A stretch of 64,000 nucleotides of DNA, from positions 8,495 through 72,494 of the forward strand of contig CAITSA010000028.1 of NCBI GenBank assembly GCA_903894955.1, given 5' to 3'. Under the pieces are notes generated by a model, which saw only the letters and a list, made by a program, of their open reading frames with translations, had not been told where the DNA came from and searched no databases. Below, in pieces: positions 30,096 through 40,401 of this stretch. Made by a program: the position numbers and the translations under genes. The DNA is from an uncultured bacterium. Lineage in GTDB: Bacteria; Patescibacteriota; Minisyncoccia; Phycocordibacterales; UBA9973. Positions within the stretch are counted from its first letter, which is position 1. Each line of letters starts with the position of its first letter.

Positions 30096-30164
30096 TAGGT
30101 TCTAGGTTCTAGGTTCTAGGTTCTAGAAATTCGCATTTTACTAGCTCACTAGCAACTAGAACCT
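30096..30164. repeat. Heptamer array (TAGGTTC)x4 plus inverted CTAG units
   Basis: ttaggttctaggttctaggttctaggttctag...actagctcactagcaactagaacctaa. Confidence 0.75.
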
Positions 30165-31371
30165 AACTAATGCTCCCTGCCATATTATAAATTGGCATCA
30201 ATACAGAAACGAGCAAGATGCCTACCCCTAACCCTAAAACCACAATCATAATAGGCTCTATCAGCCCAACCAATGTATCAACGGCGTCATCCACTTCACG
30301 CCTGTAAAAATCAGCTAAGGTTTTTAAAATAGTTCCCAGAGCGCCGGTTTCTTCTCCTACTTGTATCATCTGCACTAAAATGCCAGGTATTTGGCCACTA
30401 TGTTTTCCAAATGCCGCCGAGAGAGACAACCCAGACTTTACTCCATCAGCCACATCTGTCAATATTTCTTTATATGACAAAGACCCCACGACTTGTCCAG
30501 TAATATCTATCGCTCGAATAATAGGAACTCCAGAGCTAAGCATCGTACTTAAGTTGTCTGTCATTCTAGAAAGATAAAGCTTTTTATATAAATTACCAAC
30601 AGCTGGGACAGAGAGTTTCAAACCATCAAGATACACTTTTCCTTTAGCGGTAGTGGACAATCTCCAAACCCAAATTCCTAAAAGCACTAAGAAAATCAAA
30701 ACAAAAAAACCGTAGTTAATAAATAAATTTGAAATTCCAATCACTATTTGAGTAAAAAATGGTGTTTCTTGACCAGAATCTAAAATAATGGCTGCAAGCT
30801 TTGGAATAACAACCACAAACATCAAAGTCATCACCACAAAGAAAGTAACAATAACAAAAGCCGGATAAATAAGCGCATTTTTAGTTTTAGAAGTAATAGA
30901 GTATTGGCGATCCAAATAATCTGCCAAATGTAAGAAAGTTTGATTAAGTTTCCCTGTCTCTTCGCCCACCTTTACCATATTGACATAAAAATCTGAAAAT
31001 ACATCTGGATGATGAGAGAGAGCGCCTGAAATAGAAACTCCGGCTTGAAGATCATCACTCACTTGAGCAAGTTTGCGCCCTAGAAGTTTGTTTTCGGTAT
31101 TAGTAGCTAGCATAGTAAAAGCTTTCAAGGCGGAAACTTGCGCCTCAAACAAAGTTGCAATTTGGCGAGAAAGAATCACCACGTCTTTCGTCTTGACTCT
31201 TTCAAAAAAAGAAATTTTTAAAAATGATTTATTGTCTCCTTCTTCTTTAATAGAAATAACAACCAGACCTCGTCGCTGAAGTCCACTGATTGCTATATCT
31301 CGACTGGGTGCATCAATTTCTCCTTCTTTGTTTACACCAGTATCATTTATCGCTTTATATTTAAATAACAT
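30163..31371 (-). CDS. pilC: Type IV pilus inner-membrane platform protein
   Basis: GEETGKL, ALIYP, LSSGVPI, LIEPIMIV. Confidence 0.94.
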   Translation of the reverse strand: MLFKYKAINDTGVNKEGEIDAPSRDIAISGLQRRGLVVISIKEEGDNKSFLKISFFERVKTKDVVILSRQIATLFEAQVSALKAFTMLATNTENKLLGRKLAQVSDDLQAGVSISGALSHHPDVFSDFYVNMVKVGEETGKLNQTFLHLADYLDRQYSITSKTKNALIYPAFVIVTFFVVMTLMFVVVIPKLAAIILDSGQETPFFTQIVIGISNLFINYGFFVLIFLVLLGIWVWRLSTTAKGKVYLDGLKLSVPAVGNLYKKLYLSRMTDNLSTMLSSGVPIIRAIDITGQVVGSLSYKEILTDVADGVKSGLSLSAAFGKHSGQIPGILVQMIQVGEETGALGTILKTLADFYRREVDDAVDTLVGLIEPIMIVVLGLGVGILLVSVLMPIYNMAGSIS

Positions 31372-31373
31372 AA

Positions 31374-32432
31374 TTAAATAAGACGCTCTAAGCCTTTTGG
31401 ATTAAGTGAGTATTCATAAGCGTTCTCAATAGAAATTTCTCCAGTCCGCACAAGCTCCATCAATGAATGGTTTAAGTCAATCATCCCAGATTCTGTGCCA
31501 GTTTCAATCACCACATCTATCTCGTGGGTACGTTTTTCACGAATTAAATTAGCCACCGCATTATTATTTAAAAGAAGTTCATAGGCTGGAATAAGTCCAC
31601 CCACAATCCTAGGAACAAGTCTTTGGGAAAAAATACCAAGCAAAGAAGATGAAAGCTGGGCGCGAATTTGGTCTTGTTGATTCCCTGGAAAAGAATCAAT
31701 GATTCTATCTATGGTTTGAGAAGCATTATTAGTATGAAGAGTTGAAAGAACAAGGTGCCCAGTCTCGGCTGCCGTTACAGCAGTCGCAATAGTTTCTGGT
31801 GTGCGCATCTCCCCAACCATAATAACATTCACATCTTCGCGAAAAACTTCTTTAAGAGCTACGTGAAAATCTTGAGTATCAATACCGACTTCACGCTGAT
31901 TAATGATGGATTTATTAGCTACGTAAACATGTTCAATCGGATCCTCAATAGTTATTATATGACGAGTCTGTTCACTGTTTATTAAATCAATCATAGCTGA
32001 TAAGGTGGTTGATTTACCTTGCCCAACAGGACCCACCACTAGAAAAAAACCTTGTTTTTTACGAGCTAGATCAGCCAAGATAGGAGGTAAATGTAATTGC
32101 TCTAATGTTTGAACCTTGGGCACTAATCGAAAAACCATATTAACCAAACCTTTTTGAAAAAAAGCATTACCACGAAGTCGCGCTTCTCCATGAAAATCAT
32201 AGGAAAAATCTGCTTCTTGACTTTCCTTAAATCTATCAATCTTTGTTTTATCTAATATTTCACCCAAAAATCCCCACAAATCTTCCTGAGTTAAAACTGG
32301 ATACTTAGCAAGAAAAATAAGCTCTCCAGCTACCCGAATAGCTGGCTTGCGGAGAGCGCCTAAATGTAAATCTGAACCATTTTCATTAATAACATTTAAG
32401 ATAAGATTTTCAAGTTCTTTTTTATAATCCAT
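31374..32432 (-). CDS. pilT: Type IV pilus retraction ATPase
   Basis: SDLHL, GPVGQGKSTT, TIEDPIE, GEMR, AAETGHLVLSTLHT. Confidence 0.92.
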   Translation of the reverse strand: MDYKKELENLILNVINENGSDLHLGALRKPAIRVAGELIFLAKYPVLTQEDLWGFLGEILDKTKIDRFKESQEADFSYDFHGEARLRGNAFFQKGLVNMVFRLVPKVQTLEQLHLPPILADLARKKQGFFLVVGPVGQGKSTTLSAMIDLINSEQTRHIITIEDPIEHVYVANKSIINQREVGIDTQDFHVALKEVFREDVNVIMVGEMRTPETIATAVTAAETGHLVLSTLHTNNASQTIDRIIDSFPGNQQDQIRAQLSSSLLGIFSQRLVPRIVGGLIPAYELLLNNNAVANLIREKRTHEIDVVIETGTESGMIDLNHSLMELVRTGEISIENAYEYSLNPKGLERLI

Positions 32433-32817
32433 GGTTTTTTTCTAAAATTTTTATTACCTCATCAATAACTTCTGCTGGGGTAAAATTAGCTTTCGCTATA
32501 TAACCTGACACACCCAATCGATTACCTTCATCAATATCCTTTTGTTCGTTTTTATTGGACAAAATTATTTTTACACAATTTGGACATAATTTTTGTTCAT
32601 TTATTTTTGTTAACACTTCAAAACCATCCATCTCCGGCATAATTATATCAATCAAAAGAATATCCGGAGATAACCCATCTTTAAGTTTTTCTAAAGCATG
32701 AAGACCATTTGTGGCTGTATACACTTCAAAATTATTCTGGCTAAATTTAAGCGCATACATATCCAAAAGGAAACTATCGTCATCCACTATTAAAATTTTT
32801 CTTTTTTCACCTTCCAT
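32422..32817 (-). CDS. Single-domain response regulator
   Basis: ILIVDDD, DIIMPEMDG, ILSN, YIAK. Confidence 0.9.
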   Translation of the reverse strand: MEGEKRKILIVDDDSFLLDMYALKFSQNNFEVYTATNGLHALEKLKDGLSPDILLIDIIMPEMDGFEVLTKINEQKLCPNCVKIILSNKNEQKDIDEGNRLGVSGYIAKANFTPAEVIDEVIKILEKNHGL

Positions 32818-32904
32818 CTCGTTAGAATTTATATTAACTATTAATATTCAACCACCATATCCCGTTTTCAACGTTTTTATTATACCATAAAATGTTTTGC
32901 AACT

Positions 32905-34647
32905 CTATTCATTATCATTGCTAAAATTATACACTTCCGTGAAAGGAATTATACCTTGAAGAGATTTGAACATTGCATCTTCTCTCATCATCAGCATTCC
33001 TTTACTGCGAGCCAATTTATAAATAGCTGCCTCGGTAGGATTTTTTAAAATTACTGCCTGCATTTCCTTGTCAATTTTAAACATTTCAAAAATAGCAATA
33101 CGTCCACGGGTACCAGAAGGACATTCAGCAGATGGCACAGTATCGTACATCTTGTCTCCAATGTTTGGCTTGAATTCGTCTGGTAAATCTTTCAGCTGAT
33201 CTTCTATTTGCTTTTTAACGCTTTCGCTGATAGGCATTTCTTTACGTGAAGTTGGATAAGTCATTCGAGCCAAACGTTGAGCAATCGAAACAATCAAAGT
33301 CGGTGCAATTAAATACGGGTCCACTCCCATATCAACTAAACGAGGAACTGCCCCAATGGCATTATTCGTATGGAGAGTTGAGAGCACTAAATGTCCCGTG
33401 AGAGCCGCCTGAATGGCAAGTTGGGCTGTTTCTTTATCACGAATCTCTCCGACCATAATAATGTCTGGATCTTGACGAAGAATTGAACGAAGCCCTGAAG
33501 CAAATGTATAACCAATCTCCGGCATCATTTGCGACTGATTAATGTCTGGCATATGGTACTCCACTGGATCTTCCAAGGAGACAATATTACTTTTTTCTTT
33601 ATCGAGCGCGTTCATCATTGAATAGAGAGTGGTTGATTTTCCAGACCCAGTCGGACCAGTAATTAAAATAAGCCCGTATGGTTTCTCGATTGATTCTTTT
33701 ATTATCTTTAAATTGGTTTCTGATAGACCTAATTGATCTAGGGGCTTCACTCCTTTTTCAGAATCTAAAATACGCATCACAACTTTTTCACCATAATAGG
33801 CTGGCATAGTGGAAACACGAAAATCAATTTTATGACCATCAATGTTTGTGCTGAAAGATCCGTCTTGAGGTTTGCGTTTCTCGTCCAATCTTAATTTGGA
33901 AAGAATTTTTATGCGGGCAACAATTCCGCTATAAACATTCGGTGGCAATATTATCGTAGTATGGAGTATTCCATCGACTCGAAAACGCACTTTAACTTTT
34001 TCACCTGTATATTCAATATGGATATCGGAAGCATTTCCCTCTATGGCATTGCGTAAAATAACTGCCACAATTTTTATCACTGGTGCATCTTCTACAATCT
34101 TTGCTTCAGCGCCTGCTTTTATGTTTTTAATTTCTTTGTTTAGATTTTCCTCATTGGCACTTTTGACCCCAGCTGTTTCTTCTTGATTTAATTCATCCAA
34201 AGCCTTTTCTACTTGACTCCCTAGACCTTTATAACTGTCCATCACACCTTCATAATCACTTTTAGAAATTAGAAAAATTTTAAAAGGAACACCAATTTTG
34301 GTAGAGATAAATTGTAAGGCGTCCATCGCTTGAATATTTTCTGGATCCAGCACCCCTACTTCCAATATTCCATCTTGTAATTTAATTGGTACAAAGTGAT
34401 AGTGAGTAGCCGAATCTTCTGAAATATATTTCAAGACGTCAAAAGACATTCCTTCAGAATTTATACTTTTTATCGGTATGCCTAAATATTCTCCTTTGGT
34501 TTCAAGAATTTTGTTTTCTGGAATACCAAATTCAATAAGTGTCTGCTCCACATCTCCGTCGTGTTCTTTTTGGGCACGACTCTTGATTTCGCCTATTTGG
34601 CTTTCATTGATTAAGCCTTTTTTAGATAATTCTTCTAAAAAACTCAT
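32905..34647 (-). CDS. pilB: Type IV pilus assembly ATPase
   Basis: ASDIHIE, RFRVDG, PQDG, GPTGSGKSTT, LRQDPDIIMVGEIRD. Confidence 0.94.
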   Translation of the reverse strand: MSFLEELSKKGLINESQIGEIKSRAQKEHDGDVEQTLIEFGIPENKILETKGEYLGIPIKSINSEGMSFDVLKYISEDSATHYHFVPIKLQDGILEVGVLDPENIQAMDALQFISTKIGVPFKIFLISKSDYEGVMDSYKGLGSQVEKALDELNQEETAGVKSANEENLNKEIKNIKAGAEAKIVEDAPVIKIVAVILRNAIEGNASDIHIEYTGEKVKVRFRVDGILHTTIILPPNVYSGIVARIKILSKLRLDEKRKPQDGSFSTNIDGHKIDFRVSTMPAYYGEKVVMRILDSEKGVKPLDQLGLSETNLKIIKESIEKPYGLILITGPTGSGKSTTLYSMMNALDKEKSNIVSLEDPVEYHMPDINQSQMMPEIGYTFASGLRSILRQDPDIIMVGEIRDKETAQLAIQAALTGHLVLSTLHTNNAIGAVPRLVDMGVDPYLIAPTLIVSIAQRLARMTYPTSRKEMPISESVKKQIEDQLKDLPDEFKPNIGDKMYDTVPSAECPSGTRGRIAIFEMFKIDKEMQAVILKNPTEAAIYKLARSKGMLMMREDAMFKSLQGIIPFTEVYNFSNDNE

Positions 34648-34763
34648 CCCGTTAGAAGCCGGTCACGGTCAGTCTACCGTAACCATGCCTTGTTATATTA
34701 TTAAATTTCATATTTTTTATATACATATTTTTTATCAAAACTGCCACAGTGAATTCTAGCGGG
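34648..34763. mobile_element. ATCCCGTTAGA-family element abutting the pilB start codon
   Basis: CCCGTTAGAA...TTCTAGCGGG with AT on both flanks. Confidence 0.6.
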
Positions 34764-34770
34764 ATTATCT

Positions 34771-35217
34771 TTATGGTTTGGTTGGAGTAGAAGGAGCGGG
34801 CGTAGTAGGTTGTATGGTAGTAGTAGGAGTAGTGGTGGTGGTGATGGTAATAGTAGGCAAAATAGCGTCATTGCCAAATTGAGCAAATGGATTTGGTCTA
34901 CCTTCAGTGCCATCTGGAATAAGGACGATACTAGAATCGTGCAAACTATTAAAAGCTGAATCAGAGAAAATAGCATCATCTAATTTTATATTTTTAATAT
35001 TAGAAAAGAGAGTGAGGAAATCTTTTGTACCTAAGGAATCTGTATTGGTCGTATTTGCTTCATTGTTAGAGGAACCATCGATGTTGGGTAAAGTAGCACT
35101 TGTTCCAGATGATACTAAATTAGCCTCTGGTGGAGATTGTTTTATAAAATAAATATAAATTAAAACAAAAGCTATAGCTATTACTGTAAATATAATGATG
35201 TTTTTAATTTTAGGCAT
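34771..35217 (-). CDS. Pilus-operon membrane-anchored protein
   Basis: N-terminal TM; GRPNPF motif; Thr/Pro-rich tail. Confidence 0.7.
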   Translation of the reverse strand: MPKIKNIIIFTVIAIAFVLIYIYFIKQSPPEANLVSSGTSATLPNIDGSSNNEANTTNTDSLGTKDFLTLFSNIKNIKLDDAIFSDSAFNSLHDSSIVLIPDGTEGRPNPFAQFGNDAILPTITITTTTTPTTTIQPTTPAPSTPTKP

Positions 35218-35218
35218 A

Positions 35219-35824
35219 TTAATTTTTTAACCAATAAGTTTTAATTTTAAAATCATATTTATAAACTTCGGAAGAATTGGCTTTGGAAGTATTGTCAGCG
35301 CTGACCGGATTAGAAGAAAATTCAATTGAGGAAATATCTACAATTCTAAGATTACTTTCTAGGTCTTTGGTAAAATTAATAAAATTATCATAAGTCCCTG
35401 ACGTAGAAAATTCCAAATCAAAAACCCCATAATCTTTAGATGTCGCAACCGAACCACCTTGAACAACTGGTCCAGTGGTAGTCGCATTATTGGTATCTGC
35501 TTGCGTTACGTTATATTTTACATCTTTTAAAACCATTCCATAAGGTAAGGCTATTTGCCCTATCTCTAAAATCAAACGAACGTTATCAACATTCTCCGGT
35601 AAAAGTTTCTGTAATTTTGTTAAATTATCAGGATTAATTGCATTGTATTTAGCGGTTAATTTATCCCGTTCATTTTCAAACATTTTAGAATTATCAAGTG
35701 CGCTACTGTATGACGTCACCTCTGAATTCAACGCTGAAATATCATTGTAGATGGGATTAGTGAATAGAAAAAAGAAAGTGATAGCTATGACTATTAAAAA
35801 AGTTGGCATTAAAAATCTCATCAT
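35219..35824 (-). CDS. pilO: PilO-like protein
   Basis: TM plus coiled coil, LLP, GTYDNFINFTKDLESNLRIVDI. Confidence 0.8.
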   Translation of the reverse strand: MMRFLMPTFLIVIAITFFFLFTNPIYNDISALNSEVTSYSSALDNSKMFENERDKLTAKYNAINPDNLTKLQKLLPENVDNVRLILEIGQIALPYGMVLKDVKYNVTQADTNNATTTGPVVQGGSVATSKDYGVFDLEFSTSGTYDNFINFTKDLESNLRIVDISSIEFSSNPVSADNTSKANSSEVYKYDFKIKTYWLKN

Positions 35825-35828
35825 AAAT

Positions 35829-36434
35829 TTAACTTTGAGCCATCAACGTTTGCTTATAATTAATAAAACTTGGATCAACTAAAAAATCTAAATCAAAAAG
35901 CACGTTACCACTATTGTCCAGCACTAAATTTGAAAAAACAGGATCAATTAAATTTTTATTTTTAGCAAACAAATCAGATTGCAATGCAATCGAACGATAG
36001 CCAATCGCCACTCCAGACATTTTTATGTTTACTACAGTCTTATTGTCTTTATCGGTTCCTAAATCATAACTGAATTTAGTAAAACGAACACTTTTCATAG
36101 TAATTTGTTCAAGCGCCTTAAAAATTGGAATGATGGTAGTGTGCTTAGATAAAATTTCACTGGAGGCACTCAAACGCTTGTCTAATGTTTGAAGTTCAGC
36201 TATTTTTGAAGGCTCAAAACGATTTTTAGCTAAACTTAAGGTATTGTCCAAGCTGGCAATCTTTTTTACTAACATTCCTTTATAAAAATAAAGTCCACCA
36301 GTGGCGACCAATATCGTGACTAAAGCAAAAATAGAGATAATCAGAAAAAAATTAACGGGACGCGCATAAGCAATACTCTCTTCTCTGAGCATCGGTTTTT
36401 TAGGTATAAATGACGTTTGAAAATTTTGTTCCAT
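35829..36434 (-). CDS. PilN-like protein
   Basis: FQTSFIPKK N-terminus, TM; located between pilM and pilO. Confidence 0.7.
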   Translation of the reverse strand: MEQNFQTSFIPKKPMLREESIAYARPVNFFLIISIFALVTILVATGGLYFYKGMLVKKIASLDNTLSLAKNRFEPSKIAELQTLDKRLSASSEILSKHTTIIPIFKALEQITMKSVRFTKFSYDLGTDKDNKTVVNIKMSGVAIGYRSIALQSDLFAKNKNLIDPVFSNLVLDNSGNVLFDLDFLVDPSFINYKQTLMAQS

Positions 36435-36507
36435 TGTATTTAATTATATCATAAAACAAATTTTAATGAGGTAAATTGTGTATAACTTCAACGTTTGTAA
36501 AATTAAC

Positions 36508-36741
36508 CTAATCATTAAACCACTTTTTTGCCTCTATGCCCGACTGAAGAATGATACCTTTAAAAGTTCTAGGTTTAATTGATTTTTGACCATGAAAAGG
36601 AACGCAAACATTTCTTAAAATTCCTTTTTTGTAACCTATATAATAGTAATGACTTGCATTTGTGTAATTAAGCTTAAATCCATTTCTTTTTAGAAATAAC
36701 TCTATGTCTCTAAATGTCCAGTTTGATAATCTGTTTGACAT
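36508..36741 (-). CDS. HicA-like mRNA interferase toxin
   Basis: FLKRNGF...ASH...VPFH...TFKGIILQSGI pattern. Confidence 0.75.
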   Translation of the reverse strand: MSNRLSNWTFRDIELFLKRNGFKLNYTNASHYYYIGYKKGILRNVCVPFHGQKSIKPRTFKGIILQSGIEAKKWFND

Positions 36742-37049
36742 TACACTTTTGAAAATCCATACATATTCACCACATAAGGAGACTTAATTGGTTTTGGAGA
36801 ATGAAGAATTGACCACAATTTTTCATATTCTGGGTCAGTAGTTTGATTTAATGATTGAAATCGTGAGCCTTTTATTTTTTTGGCTGATTGTATGTATCCA
36901 TCAACAGCCTGAAGCAAGTTAAAAAAAGCAAGTTTAGGATCATCACTTGATTCAATAATATTAAATTCTAAAGCAACAGCGTACCATGTATCACCGTCCT
37001 TAAAAACGATATGTCTAAATATGCCTTTTGTCGGTGTGTTCATAAACAT
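36741..37049 (-). CDS. HicB-like antitoxin
   Basis: IVFKDGDTWYAVALEFNI...DDP; stop overlaps the toxin start. Confidence 0.65.
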   Translation of the reverse strand: MFMNTPTKGIFRHIVFKDGDTWYAVALEFNIIESSDDPKLAFFNLLQAVDGYIQSAKKIKGSRFQSLNQTTDPEYEKLWSILHSPKPIKSPYVVNMYGFSKV

Positions 37050-37098
37050 AATATATCATAATTATCAAAATTTTGCACAATTATTGGAACAACTATAA

Positions 37099-37875
37099 TT
37101 AATCCCTAGGCTCTTTCAAATAAGGAATTAAATGAGAGGCTATAATAAAAAGAGAAGTTGAATATGAATGATAATCTTGCCTATCATACCCTTCTTTAAG
37201 TTTACCCGTACTATCGGAACCCATAGAACCTTCATATTGAGGTACTCTACCTAAAAAAGGATCATCTTTACAATAAGTTTTATCTGACCAGCGTTCTTTT
37301 ACACTCTTCTCCATAAATTTTATTTCATTAATGAGGACAAAATACCGATAAGTCCATTCACAAATACCAATCAATTTAGATAGTTGTTTATTTCTTTTGG
37401 CAACTTCTTTTAAATTTTTAAATAAATCATCTTTTGATTCTGTAAAAGTTTCTTGAGTTTGAGAATCAAAAACATCCCAGTCAGTTGGATCATCTGAAAG
37501 ATTTCGTTTTTCATCAAGCTCAATAAATTTTTGAAATAATTCTCTTACTTTTTGATTAATTCCAATATCTTTCGTTTTTTGAGTCAAGAAAGATAATTGA
37601 ATGCGTGACTCTACTGAATAATCGTACCGGTAACCTTTTTTAATTCCTTTTTGACTAAGTCTGTGATTATGGCCAATTGCATAAATAGTACCTACATCAT
37701 CTGGGTCTAATGCAAAAGGTTCAGATGTGAACTTTCTTACCTCGTCAATTGAAGAGTTTGGTTGAAGTAAGTCGCGTAAATGTTTTCTGTCTGTTCTTTT
37801 GGATTCTTTTTCCCAATCAATATAAACTTGCTCATTGACCTCTTGTTGACTTCCAATATTTTTTTTAAATTCCAT
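37099..37875 (-). CDS. Hypothetical protein
   Basis: 258-aa hydrophilic ORF with no recognised motif. Confidence 0.65.
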   Translation of the reverse strand: MEFKKNIGSQQEVNEQVYIDWEKESKRTDRKHLRDLLQPNSSIDEVRKFTSEPFALDPDDVGTIYAIGHNHRLSQKGIKKGYRYDYSVESRIQLSFLTQKTKDIGINQKVRELFQKFIELDEKRNLSDDPTDWDVFDSQTQETFTESKDDLFKNLKEVAKRNKQLSKLIGICEWTYRYFVLINEIKFMEKSVKERWSDKTYCKDDPFLGRVPQYEGSMGSDSTGKLKEGYDRQDYHSYSTSLFIIASHLIPYLKEPRD

Positions 37876-37919
37876 AATTATTTATTAAATCAAATATAAA
37901 AAATAATCAAAGTTAGCAC

Positions 37920-39047
37920 TTATTGTAATTTGCGCAATGCTAAACCTAGGGCAACCGCAAATTCAGGACCAATCGTCAAAAGAACTTTTTCTAAAAATGC
38001 TGGAGCGCTAATCTTAGAAAAAGGATGGCCAATTTCTACCTCCGCTTGAAAATTACTTATAGCCACTTCTTGTAGCCCTTTCAAGAGAGAACCTCCACCG
38101 GTAAATATCACCTTGCTAATAGTCCGATTGTTTTTCTTTTCATATCCTAATAAGACGTTATTTGTTTCAGAAAAAATATAATCTATGTGCACTTTAATAA
38201 TATCCGCTAAACTTTTTTCCATTGGATTCCCGAAAAGACCGAAATCTTTTTTCATTTTTTCTGCTTCAGGGAAAGGAATGGAAAGAGATTTAGAAATAGA
38301 ACTAGATATATCAGCTCCTCCTCTTTCGATCGTGTGATAACTCTGAACCATGCCAAATTCAACAATGGAAAGCTTGGTACAAGATGCCCCGAAATCAATT
38401 AATAAAACTGGAGAAAGCTCGTGTTCAAAATTTGCCCGAATAGAAGAAAAAATTTCAATTTCAAAAAAGGAAGTTGCGAGCTTACAACCTGAAACAATCG
38501 AACGATATTTGGAGACTACGTCATTTTGGGTCGTGACGACTAAAATATTTGTTTTTTCTTCTGTTTTGACTGGAACATCTACAGTATTCATTTCCTCAAA
38601 AGAAGATTCCTTTTTCGGTATAATGAAATAATCAATGGACACTTCGGTGATTGGAACTGGAATATATTTACGAGCTTCGATGGGAACGATAGCGGCTATT
38701 TGATCTGGACTTATTTTAGGTGGAAGTTCAATGGTAAAAATTAAACTTGATTGAATGGGAATAGAAAAAGCCGGAGAATCACTAGTAACATCAGATTGCT
38801 TGAAGACTTCTTGTAAAGCTAAAACGACTTTTTCAATAGGCAGATTGGTGACACGTCCAGCCTCGAGATCAGCATAAGGACCAAGAGCTATCACTCCATA
38901 AGTTTCCAGGACGGCTTTGTTTCCCTTTTTTTTTATTTCAACTACTTTAATGGCACTCGAACCAATATCAACACCAATAGCTGAATCTCCAGACCCACCT
39001 ACAAATTTGTTAAAATCTGAAATAATATTTTTTAATGGATTATCCAT
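37920..39047 (-). CDS. pilM: Type IV pilus assembly protein PilM
   Basis: IGVDIGSSAIK, EARKYIP, IDFGA, TGGGS, FAVALGLALR; start moved to ATG 39047. Confidence 0.93.
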   Translation of the reverse strand: MDNPLKNIISDFNKFVGGSGDSAIGVDIGSSAIKVVEIKKKGNKAVLETYGVIALGPYADLEAGRVTNLPIEKVVLALQEVFKQSDVTSDSPAFSIPIQSSLIFTIELPPKISPDQIAAIVPIEARKYIPVPITEVSIDYFIIPKKESSFEEMNTVDVPVKTEEKTNILVVTTQNDVVSKYRSIVSGCKLATSFFEIEIFSSIRANFEHELSPVLLIDFGASCTKLSIVEFGMVQSYHTIERGGADISSSISKSLSIPFPEAEKMKKDFGLFGNPMEKSLADIIKVHIDYIFSETNNVLLGYEKKNNRTISKVIFTGGGSLLKGLQEVAISNFQAEVEIGHPFSKISAPAFLEKVLLTIGPEFAVALGLALRKLQ

Positions 39048-39069
39048 TTGTGTTAATATTGTATCATAA

Positions 39070-39732
39070 ATGAGATTTTTAAACACCATATTAGATATAG
39101 TTTTCCCCGTAAAATGTATGTTATGTAGCAAGACTGGAGTGGATTTATGTTTAGATTGCCTAAAAGAAGCACCAGGAGCAGAACGTGAAAGTGCTAAATG
39201 GATTTTCCCTCTATATGATTATCGTCATCCAACTATTAAAAAATCATTATGGCTTTTAAAATACAAAGGTAAAAAGAGATTGGCAAATATTTTTGCAGAA
39301 ATTATTTATGACAAAATTCTAGAAGAACTTTCAGAATTAAGTATCTTAGAAAATTTTGTTAAGCCAATTTTAATCCCCATTCCCCTTTCACCCAAGAGAT
39401 ATCGTGAGCGGGGATACAATCAAGCAGAATTGATTTGTAAAGAATTAATAAAAATTGATAATGCACGAAATAAAGAAATAAATTTCAGCTTAGAAAATAA
39501 TATTTTAATCAAAATAAAAGAAACTGAACATCAAGCACGCATTAAAAATAGAAACGTTAGATTGAAAAATCTAATTGGCTCATTTGCAGTGAAAAACAGT
39601 GAGTTAATAAAAAAGAGAAATATAATTTTGATAGATGACATCACCACCACTGGCGCAACTTTAAATGAAGCGCGAAAAATTTTAAAACAAGCTGGAGCCA
39701 GAAAGGTCATAGCGTTCACCGTCGCACACTAA
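39070..39732 (+). CDS. comF: ComF family amidophosphoribosyltransferase-like competence protein
   Basis: CxxC...CxxC, LKY, PIPL, RGYNQ, IDDITTTGAT. Confidence 0.92.
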   Translation: MRFLNTILDIVFPVKCMLCSKTGVDLCLDCLKEAPGAERESAKWIFPLYDYRHPTIKKSLWLLKYKGKKRLANIFAEIIYDKILEELSELSILENFVKPILIPIPLSPKRYRERGYNQAELICKELIKIDNARNKEINFSLENNILIKIKETEHQARIKNRNVRLKNLIGSFAVKNSELIKKRNIILIDDITTTGATLNEARKILKQAGARKVIAFTVAH

Positions 39733-39800
39733 AATTTTACAAAAAAGGCAAAATGAAAACCCCAACAGCTAATTTTCATTTTGCTCGTTAGGGTTTTGGT

Positions 39801-39829
39801 GGACTGGTGCATCAATGTCGCACCAGTCC
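39801..39829. terminator. GC-rich hairpin between convergent genes
   Basis: GGACTGGTGC-ATCAATGTC-GCACCAGTCC. Confidence 0.6.
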
Positions 39830-39843
39830 GATAAATTCGGGAG

Positions 39844-40401
39844 TTAATAATGATATTTATCATAATCCCTAACAGCATCTACCCTCATCCCGAGTTTACG
39901 ATAGTTGCGTTGATCGAGCCTATTGGTTTTCGCATCATAGACTACCAACACTGCCCACAACAAAATGAGTATGATTGTCGCAGCTATTTCCATCCAAGTG
40001 CCGTTCCAAAAAATAACCGGCAAAAGGGTGAGCCCTAGATAACACAATAAGGGCGCAATAAAAGCATGGTGATAGCGATCCCCCCATTGCTTAGGGCAAT
40101 CATGTGCCAACCATATAATGCCAATCAATGCACCCAAAGAACCGGCAACTTGGTGGTAATCCCAACCCTGCACGAACCAGGGCAATGACGCACCACGTTG
40201 CAATATTTCGGCGGCCATCAATCCAACGACCACCAATGCACCGTCACCTAATACTGCACTATATGATGTGTTATAGTACAGCCCTTCGTACCTATCACGA
40301 AGGATAAATAATACTCCCTGCGTAGCCATGTAAAGAATTAGCGCTGTTGCCCAAATCGGCAACGCTGTCAAAATGTAATAACTTCCATGCAAATTGTTCA
40401 T
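39844..40401 (-). CDS. Hypothetical multi-pass membrane protein
   Basis: About 5 TM; AGGAG RBS; visibly higher GC than neighbours. Confidence 0.7.
   Translation of the reverse strand: MNNLHGSYYILTALPIWATALILYMATQGVLFILRDRYEGLYYNTSYSAVLGDGALVVVGLMAAEILQRGASLPWFVQGWDYHQVAGSLGALIGIIWLAHDCPKQWGDRYHHAFIAPLLCYLGLTLLPVIFWNGTWMEIAATIILILLWAVLVVYDAKTNRLDQRNYRKLGMRVDAVRDYDKYHY

Noticed and set aside
30096-30164. CRISPR array
   Set aside because: 7-nt tandem units with no spacers, and no cas genes in the window.
34701-34979. 92-aa Leu-rich ORF
   Set aside because: Alternative frame of the Thr/Pro tail of the 34771-35217 gene plus a repeat element.
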